64,000 nucleotides of DNA from assembly GCF_036321535.1 (NCBI RefSeq), contig NC_087437.1, forward strand, positions 118,484,001-118,548,000, read 5' to 3'. The first letter of the stretch is position 1. Each line of letters starts with the position of its first letter. The notes under the pieces are model-generated. The model did not search any database and was not told where the DNA came from. It saw only the letters and a program-made list of their open reading frames with translations. Source of the DNA: Camelus dromedarius. Lineage: Eukaryota. Position numbers and translations under genes: made by a program. Of this stretch, positions 11,482 through 24,229 are shown in pieces.

Positions 11482-12498
11482 TGTTACCGAGTCCAAACTC
11501 ATTCTGCTTGCCGCATGACAGACCAATAAATTGGGAGATAAAGAGTTGGGGCAAGGAATAGCGACTTTATTTGGAAAGCCGGCAGAGAGAGAAGATGGGG
11601 GACCAATGTCCTAGAGAACCATCTTCCCCAAGTCAGAATTCAGGTTCCTTTTATACTAAAAGGGGGAGGGGGTGTGGTTGGTTGTTGCAAACTTCTTGGT
11701 GTCAGAATCCTTGGTTCTTGCAGCTGTCCATGTAGGTCAGGTCTCGATGTCCCCGTAAACCCCTAAGAAGACGCATGCTATTCTCTGTTCTGCAACTTTT
11801 TAATCTCTTTATGAATGGAAAAGTGTTCTACTTGTGAACGAAAATATGCGATGTGAATGAAAATACTGCTACCATATCAGTAAACAAAGAATGCTGAAAC
11901 CAAGTCATCAGCGGCTGCCGCCACCCCCCAGTGGGGACAGGCCTGCAGCCCGGCCTCTGCAGCCACTCACAATGGTGCCCTCTGAGTGGACTCAGGATAA
12001 GAAAGGACAGGACACTGGCCCTAGATAGCCAGGTGCTTGTCAAAGGAATGAATTCAGTGAGCCCAAATGTTTGCTTCCTCCCATACATAGAACAGCGCTA
12101 AATTCTTTAATTTGAGATGCCTGGTTTTCTTTAGATAACAAGCAATCTTTTATTGTTCCAACTACCTGGTCTTTGTTGTAAAGCTCCTGTATATCCCAGC
12201 TCCTCCCCTACCTCTTGGGAGCAGCCCCCCAGAGCCATCTGAGGGGCTGTCATCCCGGCTCGAGTCCTCCCGCCAAATAAAACATAACCCTCAATTTTAA
12301 GGTTGTGCGTTTATTTCAGTCAACATACCCTTAAGGGCGGAGCCTTGAGAACGGGCTCTCCTGCAGATTTCAGGCTCTAGGCCACGTTCTGTTATAAAAG
12401 GTGCAGCACCAGCAGGACTCAGCACAGGAGACCGAGCCCAGGGTTGGAGCCAAGGGAACAGACCTCATATGGAGTCAGGCTTGTTCTTCCCTGCTGCG
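11482..12498 (-). mobile_element. ERV1-type solo LTR, family A, interrupted by a family-B LTR
   Basis: 11482-11832 plus 12326-12498 is the reverse complement of the intact LTR at 16076-16586. Confidence 0.88.
11833..12325 (+). mobile_element. ERV1-type solo LTR, family B (nested)
   Basis: TGTGAA..AATAAA..CAACA; 4-bp TACT/TACC flanks; homologous to 41239-41741, 42814-43282 and 57949-58425. Confidence 0.88.
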
Positions 12499-12839
12499 TG
12501 TGTACCTCCAGGGAACCAGGGACCCAGCATAAAACAATGACACCCGTCAATACGAGAACAGATTTTGTTTTTTATTGACGATGTGTTATTAAAATATTTC
12601 CCATATATCGTTTAGAACAGGTTACAAAATCATGGGGCTCAAAATTATTTGGGGGTGAAGCCCATGAGCACCCAAGTGATCCTGAGGTACAGCCAGGCTT
12701 AGGAACCAAGTGTCTAGTCTAATGTTACTTAAAAAATAAAAGTATCGTGGCCCTTGGTTTGCCGCCTGAACGAGCCCAGGGGACTAGGCTCTTTCTGCGC
12801 GGCCCGTCAGTTGCGGCTCAGCAAGACAGGCAGGCGCCG

Positions 12840-12990
12840 CCGTGGCTAAGAGCAGGCCCAGCTCAGCAGCCAGCCGCCTGGGCTTGGATCCAGCCAGCTC
12901 GGAACCACAGCCTCGTTACTTAACTTGCCTCTCTGTGCCTGAACTTCCCAGATTATTAACCGTGATAAGGAGAGTAAAGCATTTCTTACT
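12840..12990 (+). mobile_element. MIR fragment
   Basis: GTGGCTAAGAGC..GCCTGGGCTTGGATCC..GTTACTTAAC..CTCTGTGCCT. Confidence 0.55.
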
Positions 12991-13509
12991 TACTGTAGCA
13001 GGAGGAGCTCGGTGAATGGTGGCTGTTGTCACTCACAGCTTTGAAATGGTAAGTACCCGATCTTCACCGCAGGGCCTGGGCTGGCCACGCAGGCCTGTGT
13101 TCCTGCCAAAGAGACGTGTCCCAGAACCCCGGGGAATTACTTGTTTAGGTCTTGGTTGCTGTTGGGTTTCCACCTGGTGGCTAGTTTGTTTTGCTCATCC
13201 TCTCAGCGCTCCTGACCCTGGGTGGGCCGTCCTCCACCCTCACCCTGGTCCTTCCCTCCTCGCATTCTTCCTGGGTTTTAACTCGTGTGGGTGCTTTGAA
13301 CCCACAGCCTCACCCTGGCTCTCACTATATTGGCCTGGTCCCCACTCAGATGTTTCATTTAACTTCCAACTTGGTCTCCAGTTTAGAAACCCAGCCCTGA
13401 ATCTGATTCACCCCGACCAAATCTTACTTCAGTCCATGCGGCCCGGCCTTACAGTGTGGTGTGCATACACAATGAAACAGCACCCAGTCTTACAGCGACT
13501 CTCATCCAC

Positions 13510-13606
13510 CGCAGATTTGGGGACTTTTCAGTTTCCATAATTATGAGAACCAATTCCAGTCATCAATCAATTAATCGATTGGTCTGTTTCTCTGGAGCAT
13601 CCTGAC
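13510..13606 (+). mobile_element. MLT2 (ERVL) LTR 3' fragment
   Basis: CCATAATTATGAGAACCAATTCC..ATTGGTCTGTTTCTCTGGAGCATCCTGAC. Confidence 0.55.
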
Positions 13607-16075
13607 CCGGCGACCCTCGAGGAGGGCAGAGCAAGGGAGAGACCCCCGTTACTGTGCGCGCGGAGCGAGGGTCAGGACTCCGCGCAGCATGAGCGCCCCT
13701 TCCTCATCCCTGCTCGTCTCCCCGGGGCTCTGTCCACAACCGAACGTTCTTCCCGCAGCAGGACAACTGTCACTACGGCCCCAGATTGACATTCTTCCAG
13801 TTCATGAAGCAAAAGGAGGAAAAAGCTATTTAACACTCCTCTACCCTCAACCTTCAGTCTAGAAAATTCCCAGGAAGGATTCCAGTGTCTCAGCGTCAGT
13901 AAAGAACCCACCCCCTTGCAGTCACCCCGTATCCAGGAAGTGGCAGCCGCTGATTGCCTCAACTTGGGCATTGTGCCCCCTTGTGGCCAAAGGGTGCAAT
14001 GCGCCATGACTGGCTGCCCCACAAGTACGTATATGTGATATATGATATGATACAATACAACACGATACAACAGCTACTCATTAGGGAACCTGTTCCTTCA
14101 AAGCAGGAATGCCCCGCAGACTGATAGACATGTTTAGCCTCAGCCTCCCACTGAGTTCCCTCCTCCACCGTCTCTCCAAGCTCTACACGTCCTGCTGCCT
14201 CGGGCGGGAAATCCAACCCCAGTGTCAGAGGCTACCTTTGTGCTCTAACCAGGGTCCCCGTGCCCCCGGGGAATGGTGGTGGAATTCTAACAAGAATAAC
14301 AGAGTTCAAACTGTCCTCTTGAGAGCTTTCAAGCAAGAGGAGAAAGACCCTTGGGATACCCCCCAAATCCAAATATTAACAGAGGTCAGACTCTGAGACC
14401 CAGGACTGTGCAGCAGCATCACCCCTGACCTGGAGGGTCCCTCAACGCTTTCGTCACACGTTCTCCCTCTGTGACCGGAAGACTCCTTGTTTCTCCCGCA
14501 GAAGTCGTCTTTATGACATGACTCACAACAAGCGGCTCCAGACGTGTGTCTGTACTGTCTTCCCACCTGCAGGTGTGCGCTGAGCCCCTCTCCTTACAGG
14601 GCTTCTCTCCCCGGATGAGCTCTGTGCAGGCATCTCCAAAAGTGCCCTCTATGGCCCCTCTCCTTCATCCACGCCTACCCTCCGGTGTCAGGACAGACGC
14701 GTAAGGACACCTGCATTTCATGGCTATTATTCATTAGGCACGTGGGAGAGAGTCTGCACATTGCAACAGTTGTATGTTATCACAGAATATATTAGTGCAC
14801 AACTGAACGGAACCCTTGGGCTGCGCCCCCACCATCCGGCTACCACGGACGCTGGGCAGCTCTGCTGTAGCGTTCACTCCCCACGTCAACCCAGAGACTT
14901 GTATCAGCTAGGGCTCTGGGGCTATTCATTCATCCATCCATCCGTCCCTGAAACAAACACCAGTTTCCTTCCCTGTGTGAATTCCCATGCCGGAAGCTGG
15001 AAACATAGAAACGCCTACGAAAGCCTCCGTCCTGGGGTGGAGAAGGTCCAGCCCCAGGCAGCATGAGGAGAGCTGGGATGGGGCCAGGCACAGGGTGCCA
15101 CGGGAGCACGGGCCTCACAGGAGGCCGGGGGGAGTGCACAGGTGACCGAGAAGGACATCCCTCAGAACATCGTCATGAGCTGAAGTTTAGATCTGGTCAA
15201 GTGTCCAAGGTGGGGAAGGTGTTTCTAGGAGAAGGGCAGTACGACCTGTGGAAGGAAGGAATAAATGAGGGTGAGCACCGTGTCTGAGGAGCAGAGGCAG
15301 ACCAGCGAGGCTGGAGCCTCCAGAAGGAAGCCTCTGTGAGTTATTAGAGAGACCCTGGTGAAACTTCAGGGAGAGGAAGGCGTCTGGTTTTACAGGAGCG
15401 CTCCTCGTCATCACCTTGAGGGCAGCCCTCTGCCGCCAGTCTCAGCCTCCATGAGGGAGGCTGGTACTTCTGGCCCCTCTGCCCCCAGCTCTGCTGGCAC
15501 GACACGCAGCACCTGGGCCCTGGGCCGGCCCCCGCTGTAAATGAGGGGCAGGCGTAACTCCATGGGGCCAAAACACACGCGTGGGATGCGGAACGGTGCT
15601 GGAACTTCTCTTTAAATTGACTGAGAGTCAGATGAATGACCTGGTGTCTTTCTCTTTCTCTACTGATGTCCAGTTGCTTTGCTTTTCACATGTAACTTCC
15701 AGATATTCTGTATGACAACACAAATCATGATTTTTAAAAACTCAAATATATGCCTTTTACAAACTAATACTCTTGTCATCAGCCAGATCGGTCACCAGAT
15801 CACTAACTAAATTATTTTCATTTCCCTAGGAGGCTGAGTTCCTGATGGCCAGAGCCAGAGAGGGCTAGCAACGGCCAACGTTTTGCTAAGGATATGTGTC
15901 ATGCATCTAACGTTAGCTCCCTGGGACAACCACAGAATCCAATCTTGCAGCTCTTTGAAAACAAGCCAGGTAAATGTACAGGTGACCGTTTACATACGGG
16001 CCTGTCCAAAGCCAGAAAACTACAGATGAGAAAACCCCCCTTCCATGTCTAGCTTTGCTTTTGCAAACCAGCAAA

Positions 16076-16586
16076 TGTAACAGGGAAGAGCAAACCTGAC
16101 TCCATGTGAGGTCTGTTCCTTTGGCTCCAACCCTGGGCTCGGCCTCCTGTGCTGGGTCCTGCTGGTTCTGCACCTTTTGTAACAGAACGTGGCCTGAAGC
16201 CTGAAATGGACAGGAGAGCCCATCCTCAAGGCTCCACCCTTTAAGGGAAGAACACTTTCCCATTCATATATAGATTAAAAAAGTTGCAGCATAGAAAAAT
16301 AACACTTGTTTTGCTGGAGGTTTACAGGGACACCATGACCTGGCCCATGTGGACAAAAGATTCCAACATCAAGAAACTTGCAGCAGACAGCCACACCCCC
16401 TCCCCTTCTTTGTATAAAATGAGCCTGGGTTCAGACTTGAGGAAGTTGATTCTCCAGGATGTTAGTCTGCCACCTTCTCGGTCTGCCAGCTTTCCGAATA
16501 AAGTCATTATTCCTTGCCCCAACACCCCGTCTCCCGATTTATTGGCTTGCCGTGCAGCGAGCAGAACGAATTTGGGCTCAGTAACA
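16076..16586 (+). mobile_element. ERV1-type solo LTR, family A, intact
   Basis: TGTAACAG..GTAACA termini, TATAAAA ~16413, AATAAA ~16498, CAAA/CAGA flanks. Confidence 0.88.
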
Positions 16587-17579
16587 CAGAGACAGAAACC
16601 AGCCCGGTTTGCTTTTGTTATTTCCCAGGAGTGCACTGGGCCTGTTGCAAGTCCTCACTGTCTCTCCACGTCTCTCTGCTGAAGGCCAGGCTGCTCCTGG
16701 GCACGAGGAGGGGACCCTGTCAAGGCGGTGCTTTAACAAGCCAGAGGGAATGTGGCTCTCACATACAAGCCCATCCCTCCCCTCGGGGCTGGAGGCACGG
16801 CCAGCATCAAACCCCCAGGTTCACCAACCTTGAGAGTAGAAGTCTGGCACCATGAATCAAACCTGGCCTCCTGCAAGGGAGGGAGGGGATCATTGACAGG
16901 AGGCTCCTGTTTTCAAATGGTAGAACTGAGTCCTATTCATAAGTTGAAGATTGAAAGTGATCATTTTTTCCAAGACAAAGGCTAGAAAAGCTTCATCTGG
17001 GAATTGAAGAAGAAAGAGATTACGTCCAGTTTGGGGCAGCAACTCTCAGCTATGGGAAGAAACAGCGCCATGAGGACACGCGGAAGGGGCAGCGGCAGAG
17101 CCTGGCTAGACCATTCCCCAGGCGCGTCTCTTGCCTTCTAACTCTGCGGGTACGTCCGCTGGGGAAGGGCGCACTGCTGGTGTGCGCGCGGCTCGTGGGT
17201 GTCAGAGTCCGACTGGATCAGAGCCCCACGGAAACGGGGCGTCAAGGAAGACACCATGGAGGGAACATTTAGGCTGAGCTCTGAGGGACGGGGAGGACTG
17301 GGCTGTGGAAAATAAGAGTCATGAAAACTCCCGGCAGAAGGAGCTGTGTCGACAGAGACAGGAGAACAGAGCAGATTGGAGGAAAGCAAATAGTACGCTT
17401 TATTTGGAGCAGTGGTTCTCAAACTTTGCTCCTGTGGAACACTGCTGACCTCTGAGCAAAACTGAATGGAAACCTTTAAATTCAGGCATGATAGCGTTCC
17501 TCCTAACTTAAAGAAACAAAAAAACTAAACTAGTACATAATTTTTAAAGACTTTCTCTCATTTATTTCTCTTTCTTTCC

Positions 17580-18330
17580 TTCTTTCTCTAACATACTATT
17601 AAGCAGACACTCTGCTTAGTGCTGAGTTTTACTGATCCTTGATAACACATACATGTCATCCTTGCCTTGATGGAATTGAGAATCTAGCGAGAAAGGCAGA
17701 CACTGAATAAATTCTTATTATCACGGTCATGATTAAACTAAAGTTTGATAGAGGGGTATAGCGATGGTGTGTTACTTTCCCAGGCTGTCTGTAACAACAC
17801 CACAGGCTGGATGGCTTAACCAACAGAATTTATTCCCTCTCAGCCTGAAGGCTAGAAAGTCCCAAATCAAGGTGTCAGGAGACCTGGTTCCTCCTGGGGG
17901 CTGTGAGGAGAATCTCCCTGTTCTGGCCCTCTCCCCAGGTTTCTGGATGTTTGCTGGCAAGTTTTGATGGTTGTTGGCTTGCAGATGCATCACCCAGTCT
18001 GTGCCTTTATCTCACATGGCATTCTCCCTGCATGCATGTGTCTCTGTCCAAATTCCCCCTTTTATAAGACCCCGGGCTTGAGGAACCTGACTTTCTCCCT
18101 TATGACCTCATCTTAACTAATTACATCTGCTATGACTCTGTTTCTGAGATCCTGAGAGTGAGTGAGGACTTCAACACATGACACAATTCAAACCATAACA
18201 CACGAGGAAGCCAATAACCTGAGGATGTCTGGAAAGATTGCTCTCAAGAAATAAGTAAGGTTGCGGAGAAGAGGCAAAGCATTCCAAGCAATGGAAATAG
18301 CACGTGCAAGGTTCCTGGGGCAGATGAGAC
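17580..18330 (-). mobile_element. L2 fragment interrupted by MLT1
   Basis: TCCTTGCCTTGATGGAATTGAGAATCTAG..GCAGAC on the left; AGCATTCCAAGC..GGAAATAGCACGTGCAAGG on the right. Confidence 0.55.
17768..18200 (-). mobile_element. MaLR solo LTR (MLT1B-like)
   Basis: GTAACAACACCACAGGCTGGATGGCTTAACCAACAGAATTTATT..ACACAATTCAAACCATAACA. Confidence 0.85.
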
Positions 18331-19139
18331 CATGGTGGGTCTAACACCAGTGTGGTTCAGCTAAAGAGGTAATGTTGATGGGGAAAGTAATGGAATGGAA
18401 TGGAAGAAATGGTGAAGTTATCATCCTGGCAACAATTTCCCAAGGCCAGAATGAGGGAGGGTCCGTGGTGTGGGTGCACAAGCATTGGACAGACAGACCC
18501 ACTAGACAACTTTCCCCTGGACACAAGCGAAACAGTCAGTTATGAATGATCACAGGTGTGGCTACTAGAGGATTAGAAAGTGGAGGCACCATTAAAGAGA
18601 TAAAAGATGAGAGTGAGCCCACCATCAGAGATGCTGGAAGGAAATGCTCAGGACTGATGATGAGGTTGGCACAATGCAACCACAAACTCTCCCCACGAGA
18701 GTGCAGGCGGCATGGAACCCTCAAACCTCCTGCCCAGGAGTGTCTTGGATAAACAGAGGTTGAAAAGGCCTCACCTGAAAGATGAAGGGAACACACCAAA
18801 CCAGAGCAATATTCCAGGAAAATTCCCAAAATGTGATGCACTCCGGCAAATGTCATGTCTGAAAGACAAGAGTGCAGGATGAGCACTTGTGAAAGACTCT
18901 AAAGATGGCAATTCTCCTGTGCAGCCACAGCTGTCAGGAAGAAAATCCAGGAAAACTGGGTGATGTAAGAGCAGACACATAGAGAGACCTGATAAATGTG
19001 TGCTGAGCAAGAATGGGATGGTCCGTGGGTAAGAGATGACAGAGCACAGAGTGTGTAAGTAGTCGACCCCACTTTTCCTTCTGGGCTGAGTATCAAGGAG
19101 AATCGGTGTTTGCAATCCGACAAGGACACAGATGGTCAC

Positions 19140-19330
19140 ACCCGGTTTGGACCTCAGCTCTGCTACTCAATACGACCTATGACAAGCCACTTGCTGTACT
19201 GATTTGAATCTCAGTTCCCTCATCATTACATTGGGGCCAGTCACAGAATCCACGTGATAGGATTTGTGGAGACTTTATGAGAAAATGTGCTTTACCAGTG
19301 TCTGCCAGTAGAAGGAGGCCACTCAAGGCA
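19140..19330 (+). mobile_element. MIR
   Basis: CTCAGCTCTGCTACT..CTCAGTTCCCTCATC..GGATTTGTGGAGACT. Confidence 0.55.
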
Positions 19331-19497
19331 GCATGAGTTGTTGCCAAACCAGAATGACGGACCCAGTAGTCCAAGGACTGAAAGCCCAGAGTAGGTCAGG
19401 GTTCAAGAGAATCTGAACTTCTGAGACATGTTCCCATCTTTGGGCTGATCAAGTTTCTTCCCAGGATCCTGAAATTGAGGTGAAGTCACAAGGGGCC

Positions 19498-19866
19498 TGT
19501 ATCAGTCAGCTCCAGCTGCTGTAACAAAATACCATAGACGGTGGGGCTTGAACAAGAGACACGTGTTCTGTCACAGCTCTGTGGGCTGCAAGTACAAGAC
19601 CAAGGTGTCAGCAGGGCTGGTTTCTCCTGACGCCTCTCTTTGGTAGTGATGCCATCTTCTCAGTATCTACACGTGGTCATCCCTCCATGTATATCTGTGT
19701 CCTGATCTCTTCTTAGAAGGACACCAGTCACGTTGGACTGGAGCCCACCCCAGTGACCTCATTTACCTCTTTAAAGAGTCTATCTCCACATACTGTCACA
19801 TTCTGCAGGACTGGGAGTTAGCACTTCAGCTCAGGGATGTGGGGGAAGGCGGTTCAGCCCATAGCA
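19498..19866 (-). mobile_element. MaLR solo LTR (MLT1A0-like)
   Basis: TGTATCAGTCAGCTC..GTAACAAAATACCATAGAC..AAGGACACCAGTCA..TTCAGCCCATAGCA. Confidence 0.85.
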
Positions 19867-21219
19867 GTCTCCCTGGGTGACCTGAGAGATCTCAGTGAGT
19901 GGCCATGCTGTCAGACCAGCCACGGCAGCTGTCCCAGTTTTAAGAAGGACAGATTCTGGGAACTTCGTATCAGTGAGGTTGACCCTGATCCTCAGAAAAA
20001 TTATGAGTTGTGTTATTAGACGTTGGCTTTGAGAGCACTTTGAAGGAAAAAAAATTCTCATCCCCTGGAGTCAACAGACATTCACAGGAATTGTGCCAAA
20101 TCGCCCTCATTACCTTCTTTTCAAATTAAATGCTCAAGTTAATCACTGTTTGTTGAGCGTCCACTCCATGCCAAGCATTGGGCTCCAATGCAGTCCCAGC
20201 TTCAAAAAGTTCACATTTCCGTAAGGAAGTCAGGAAGCCAAGCAAACAAATTAACTTACAACGTGAGAACTACAGCAAAAGAAGGAAATGCATGTTGCTG
20301 AGTTTACAGCGAGCAGAATAACTAATTTTATTTGAGGGACTAGGAAGGGGTGGCTGGCCAAGGGTGGCTGCCCAAAGATGATTTGAGCTGGAATCTGAAG
20401 AAGTAACTTTTTTCCCGGAAGAGGGCTTGGAATTCCTCAGGCATATAAGGGGGTTGTTCAGGAAGGGACCCAGTGGGCAAGCGGGGAAGCACTAAAAACG
20501 TTCAGATGCGACAATACACGTTCAGAAAACCGTAAGGTGCTTGTTTTCCTTCCTCAGATAGACTGTAGAAGTGGGTGACGTGGGCGACGTCAAAGGGCAC
20601 CAGGACAAAGAGGGAGTCAGAGGTCAGAGACAAAGAGTCTTTGTCTTGCCACAGAGCTGGAATTTTCTCTACTAGTAATGGGAAGTGGAAGCGGTGTTTC
20701 AAAACAGAGACAGCAGTTCGTACGTGTGACGGAGCACAACTTCCGCTCTTGCAGGAAGTGGTGAGTGTTCGGCTCACGCAGGAAGGGAGGGGGGCTCCGC
20801 AGAGACGCCAGCTCCTGGGGACCCAGCGCCCCACACCTTCAGCCTGAGCCTCCGGCCTCTGTTTCCCTCTATTGTCAGCTCCGCCCACTTTATTACCTGC
20901 TTCTTTTGCCCGAGGGTGGAGGAATGGCCGTGCACATTCCCTGGGCTTGTATCCTGTGAGCCCTGCCCTTTAACAAAAAGATATTTTTGTGTCTCCATCC
21001 AGACATAAAAGTCATTAGGGAAATGCTCTCACCATCCCCACCTCTGCGTGGCCAGAGTCAGGCTAACTGACCATCCCACTGGAACCAAGACCAGAAACGG
21101 ACGTGGGCAGGAATGAGCAGCTGCAAGGAGGAGTTGGGGACTGTTGGCAGTTGATGGCTGATACTCACTGAGCATTTATAAGTCCACAGCAGCTGTCCAG
21201 GCAAGAGATGATGAAGACA

Positions 21220-21388
21220 GACGTACAAACTATTCTGTAAAAATAAGCCACGAGGGTATGCTGCACAACACAGGGAATACAACCAATATTTGATCATAAC
21301 TATAAACTATAAAAATTATGAATCACTATATTGCACATCTGTAACTTATACAGTATTGTATCTCAACTGTACTTCAATTAAGAAGAAG
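21220..21388 (+). mobile_element. Short L1 3' end inserted in L2
   Basis: L1 tail (TGAATCACTATATTGCACATCTG..TACTTCAATT); 16-bp TSD AGAGATGATG(A/G)AGACA at 21204-21219 and 21389-21404. Confidence 0.85.
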
Positions 21389-21760
21389 AGAGATGATGGA
21401 GACATGAACAAAGGCAGTGGTGATGAGAAAGACCTTCAGAGCTGAGAGATATTTAAGAACCAGAAGTAACAGTACTTGGGGGCTGACTGAGCAACCTGTG
21501 TAAAAGAGAGAAGGAGACTGAGGTAACGCTCTAACTTGGACCACTTTGTGAATGGAGACGTCATTATGAGGGACACTGGGGATAAATGTGGGAGCAGGTT
21601 TCGTTAGAAGGTAAACTGTGCATGTTGGGGGCAGCTTGAATTTAATGGACATCTTCTAATCTCCAGGTGGAGATTCAGCATGTATACAGGTTATAAGCCT
21701 GGACCAAAGCTGGAGATCTGAGAGCTATTAGGCTGGTGGAAACAATTCCACGCACAGAAG
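21389..21760 (-). mobile_element. L2 fragment
   Basis: GAGATATTTAAG..AGTAACAGTACTTGG..GAGGGA..GGACATC..CCAGGTGGAGAT purine-rich L2 pattern. Confidence 0.6.
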
Positions 21761-22085
21761 GAGACAAGGTAGCTGAAGGTGGAGGCCGGGGGGTGCAGAG
21801 TGAGAAGCATTGTGGGGACTCCTATTTCCTCTCATGTGATCAGTACAAGAGATGTAATTAGGCATATATTTGACCACAGTCCTAGGAATCAGCTAGATTT
21901 ACATCTAGGAAGACGTGACAGGAAAGTCTGCAAAACACATTACTTATAAAGTGAGAAGACACCAGCAAGGCAGCTCTCCATCCCGAATTCAGGAGTGTTT
22001 ACTTGAGGGACCTGAAGCCCATAGTCCCCTCTCCTGACTTCCAGATCCTAACTTAACACTCTTTATCAAAATCACACTATTTTCA

Positions 22086-22221
22086 GGGTGGTGGGGTGGG
22101 AGAGAGGGTGTGGCTCAGTGGTAGATCGCATGCTTAGCATGTACGCAGTCCTGGCTTCAGTCCCCAGTGCCTCCGTTAAAAAATAAATAAACTAATTACC
22201 TTCCCCCAAAAAACAAACAAA
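22086..22221 (+). mobile_element. Vic-1-type SINE
   Basis: GGCTCAGTGGTAGA..CATGCTTAGCATG..CCCCAG..CTAATTACC; degenerate TSD starting CAAAATCACA. Confidence 0.88.
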
Positions 22222-22659
22222 CAAAATCACATCATCTCCCTTTTTTGAGAGCCGTAACTAAAGGATTCTTGCTTATCTTCCAAGGGACTTCAGTGCCCTT
22301 GGACCAAAACACCTGTTCTGGACAGAGAAAGAGTCTAGAGACGAGTCTAAATAGTCTGAGAGCTTGAGATCAACACTCCAGCCACTCATTTTTAAATAAG
22401 CGTTGTTGCTTTCCAAGGTTGGAACCAAAGCTTGGCTACAGAGGGTTGTTTATTTGAAAATTCCATTGGCGTTGCCTGTCCTGTTCGTGTCTATGGCCGC
22501 ACTTTTCAGAGATGTCTCGCTTTAAGCAGAATAAAAGTGGAACTCATTCAGCTGGTCTCCACGCAATCCGGAACCCAGCACCACACAGCCCCACTGCCGG
22601 TCAGCTCTGTCGCAGCCTACCCTGTTTGTGGGTAACAGTAAAGGGTGCATTCCCCCATC

Positions 22660-23193
22660 CTAATGTCCCTGGAAGTCTCAACTCATAACAAAATCAGCTC
22701 AGAGTCCAAAATGTCACCTAAATCTCATCAGATCAAGAGTCCAAAATTTCATCCTCTAAATAAGGTGTGGGTGAGACTTTTGGCATAATCCATTCAGTGA
22801 CAAAATTTCCCCCATCTGTAAATCCAGGAAACTAGAAAACAACTTATCTGCTCTCAAAATACCATGGTGATACAAATGTAAGGTCCCAGTAGACCTTGGT
22901 TTATGACCTGAATCCTCCATTTTCAAAGACAGCCATCATTTCACTCTGGCCTTCAGTCCATTGTCATGTCTTTTTCTCTCTGATTCTGACTCTCTTCCAG
23001 TTTTAAATATCCTCGTGATTATGTTGGGTCCACTTGTGTAGTCTAGGATAAACTTCCTATCTTAAGGTCAACTGATTAGCAACCTTAATTCCATCTGCAA
23101 CCTCAATTCACCTTTGCCATATAAAGTGATATTCTTAGTTTCCAGGGATTAAGACATGGACATCTTTGGAAGGCCATTACTCTGCCAGCCACA
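22660..23193 (-). mobile_element. MaLR internal fragment plus MLT1 LTR fragment
   Basis: GAGTCCAAAATTTCATC..GAGACT..AACTTATCTG (internal-like), then AAGGTCAACTGATTAGCAACCTTAATTCCATCTGCAACCT..GGACATCTTTGG..TCTGCCAGCCACA. Confidence 0.7.
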
Positions 23194-23639
23194 ACTTCAA
23201 AGGGGTTGAGTTTGAGGCTGCTGCCTTGAGTTCTGAACAACAGGTTGGACCAAAGGGAGCATCACATCCCCTCCAAAATCAACAATTTTTACCTAAATTA
23301 CTGATATTTTAAAATAAAATTGAGGTAACACATATGTTTACTATAAGCAATTACTTGGTTAGAATTCCCTCTTCTAGCCCTTGGGAATCAGAGACTTAAG
23401 AAGAATGAGAACTGTTTGGTGTACTGGGGGAAAATGTCTTTGAGCCTACACACACTGATATTTCTGTTTAAACAATGTGTGACTGTTTGTGGTTATGTAA
23501 TTCTAGCCATACACTTAATCACTCTTTGATAATGTCCTGGCTATGGCTTCAGGCTATGATGGTACTACAGGTCAATGTGGGCTCATTACCAACCCCAGAA
23601 ATTTTAGAGGAAAATAAACTTCAAGAAATTTAGGCAGGA

Positions 23640-23696
23640 CACAACTTTGTAAAATGACTTTAGCTCAATAAAAAAATGTTAAGAAAAAAAGAAAGA
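23640..23696 (+). mobile_element. Ultra-short L1 3' tail
   Basis: ACAACTTTGTAAAATGACT..CTCAATAAAAAAATGTTAA; degenerate TSD 23623-23639/23697-23713. Confidence 0.7.
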
Positions 23697-24024
23697 AGGA
23701 AATTCAGACAGAATTACAGTTAGAAATTCAAATACAAATATTCAGATTTGAAAACATCAGTACATTTATGACCATTACCAAAATTTCACAGTTTTCAAAT
23801 AATTGCCCTCTTATTTAACCACAGGAAGCCAAGTGCAACCTGACAGTCACAGAGCCCACGCCCCAGTGATGATGACAACCACACCAAAGCAATTCCTATT
23901 TGTTGACCACGTGGCAGGCCCTGAGCTAAGCTGCTTGCTCGCAAGCTTTGATTTAGGGGAGATCGAGCTGTCCCTGGATGACAGTATCAAGTAAGAGATG
24001 AAAGGGTCCGTAAGGGAAAGAAAC

Positions 24025-24215
24025 TACACTGAGTGGTTTGCACTTTATATGTTATCTTGTTTAATTCTTTCAACAGCACTGTGAAATAATATTGTTTTGT
24101 TGGTGAGTAAATAGACTCAGTGAAGGAAAGCAACTTTCCCAAGTCCCCACAGCTAGCTGGTGGCAAAGTTTGGTGACAAACCTAAGTAGACTAACCTCCA
24201 AGTGCACCATCTTTT
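24025..24215 (-). mobile_element. MIR
   Basis: GCACTTTATATGTTATCTTGTTTAATTCTT..GACTCAG..CCCAAGTCCCACAGCTAG. Confidence 0.7.
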
Positions 24216-24229
24216 CTCTACACCCCAGT

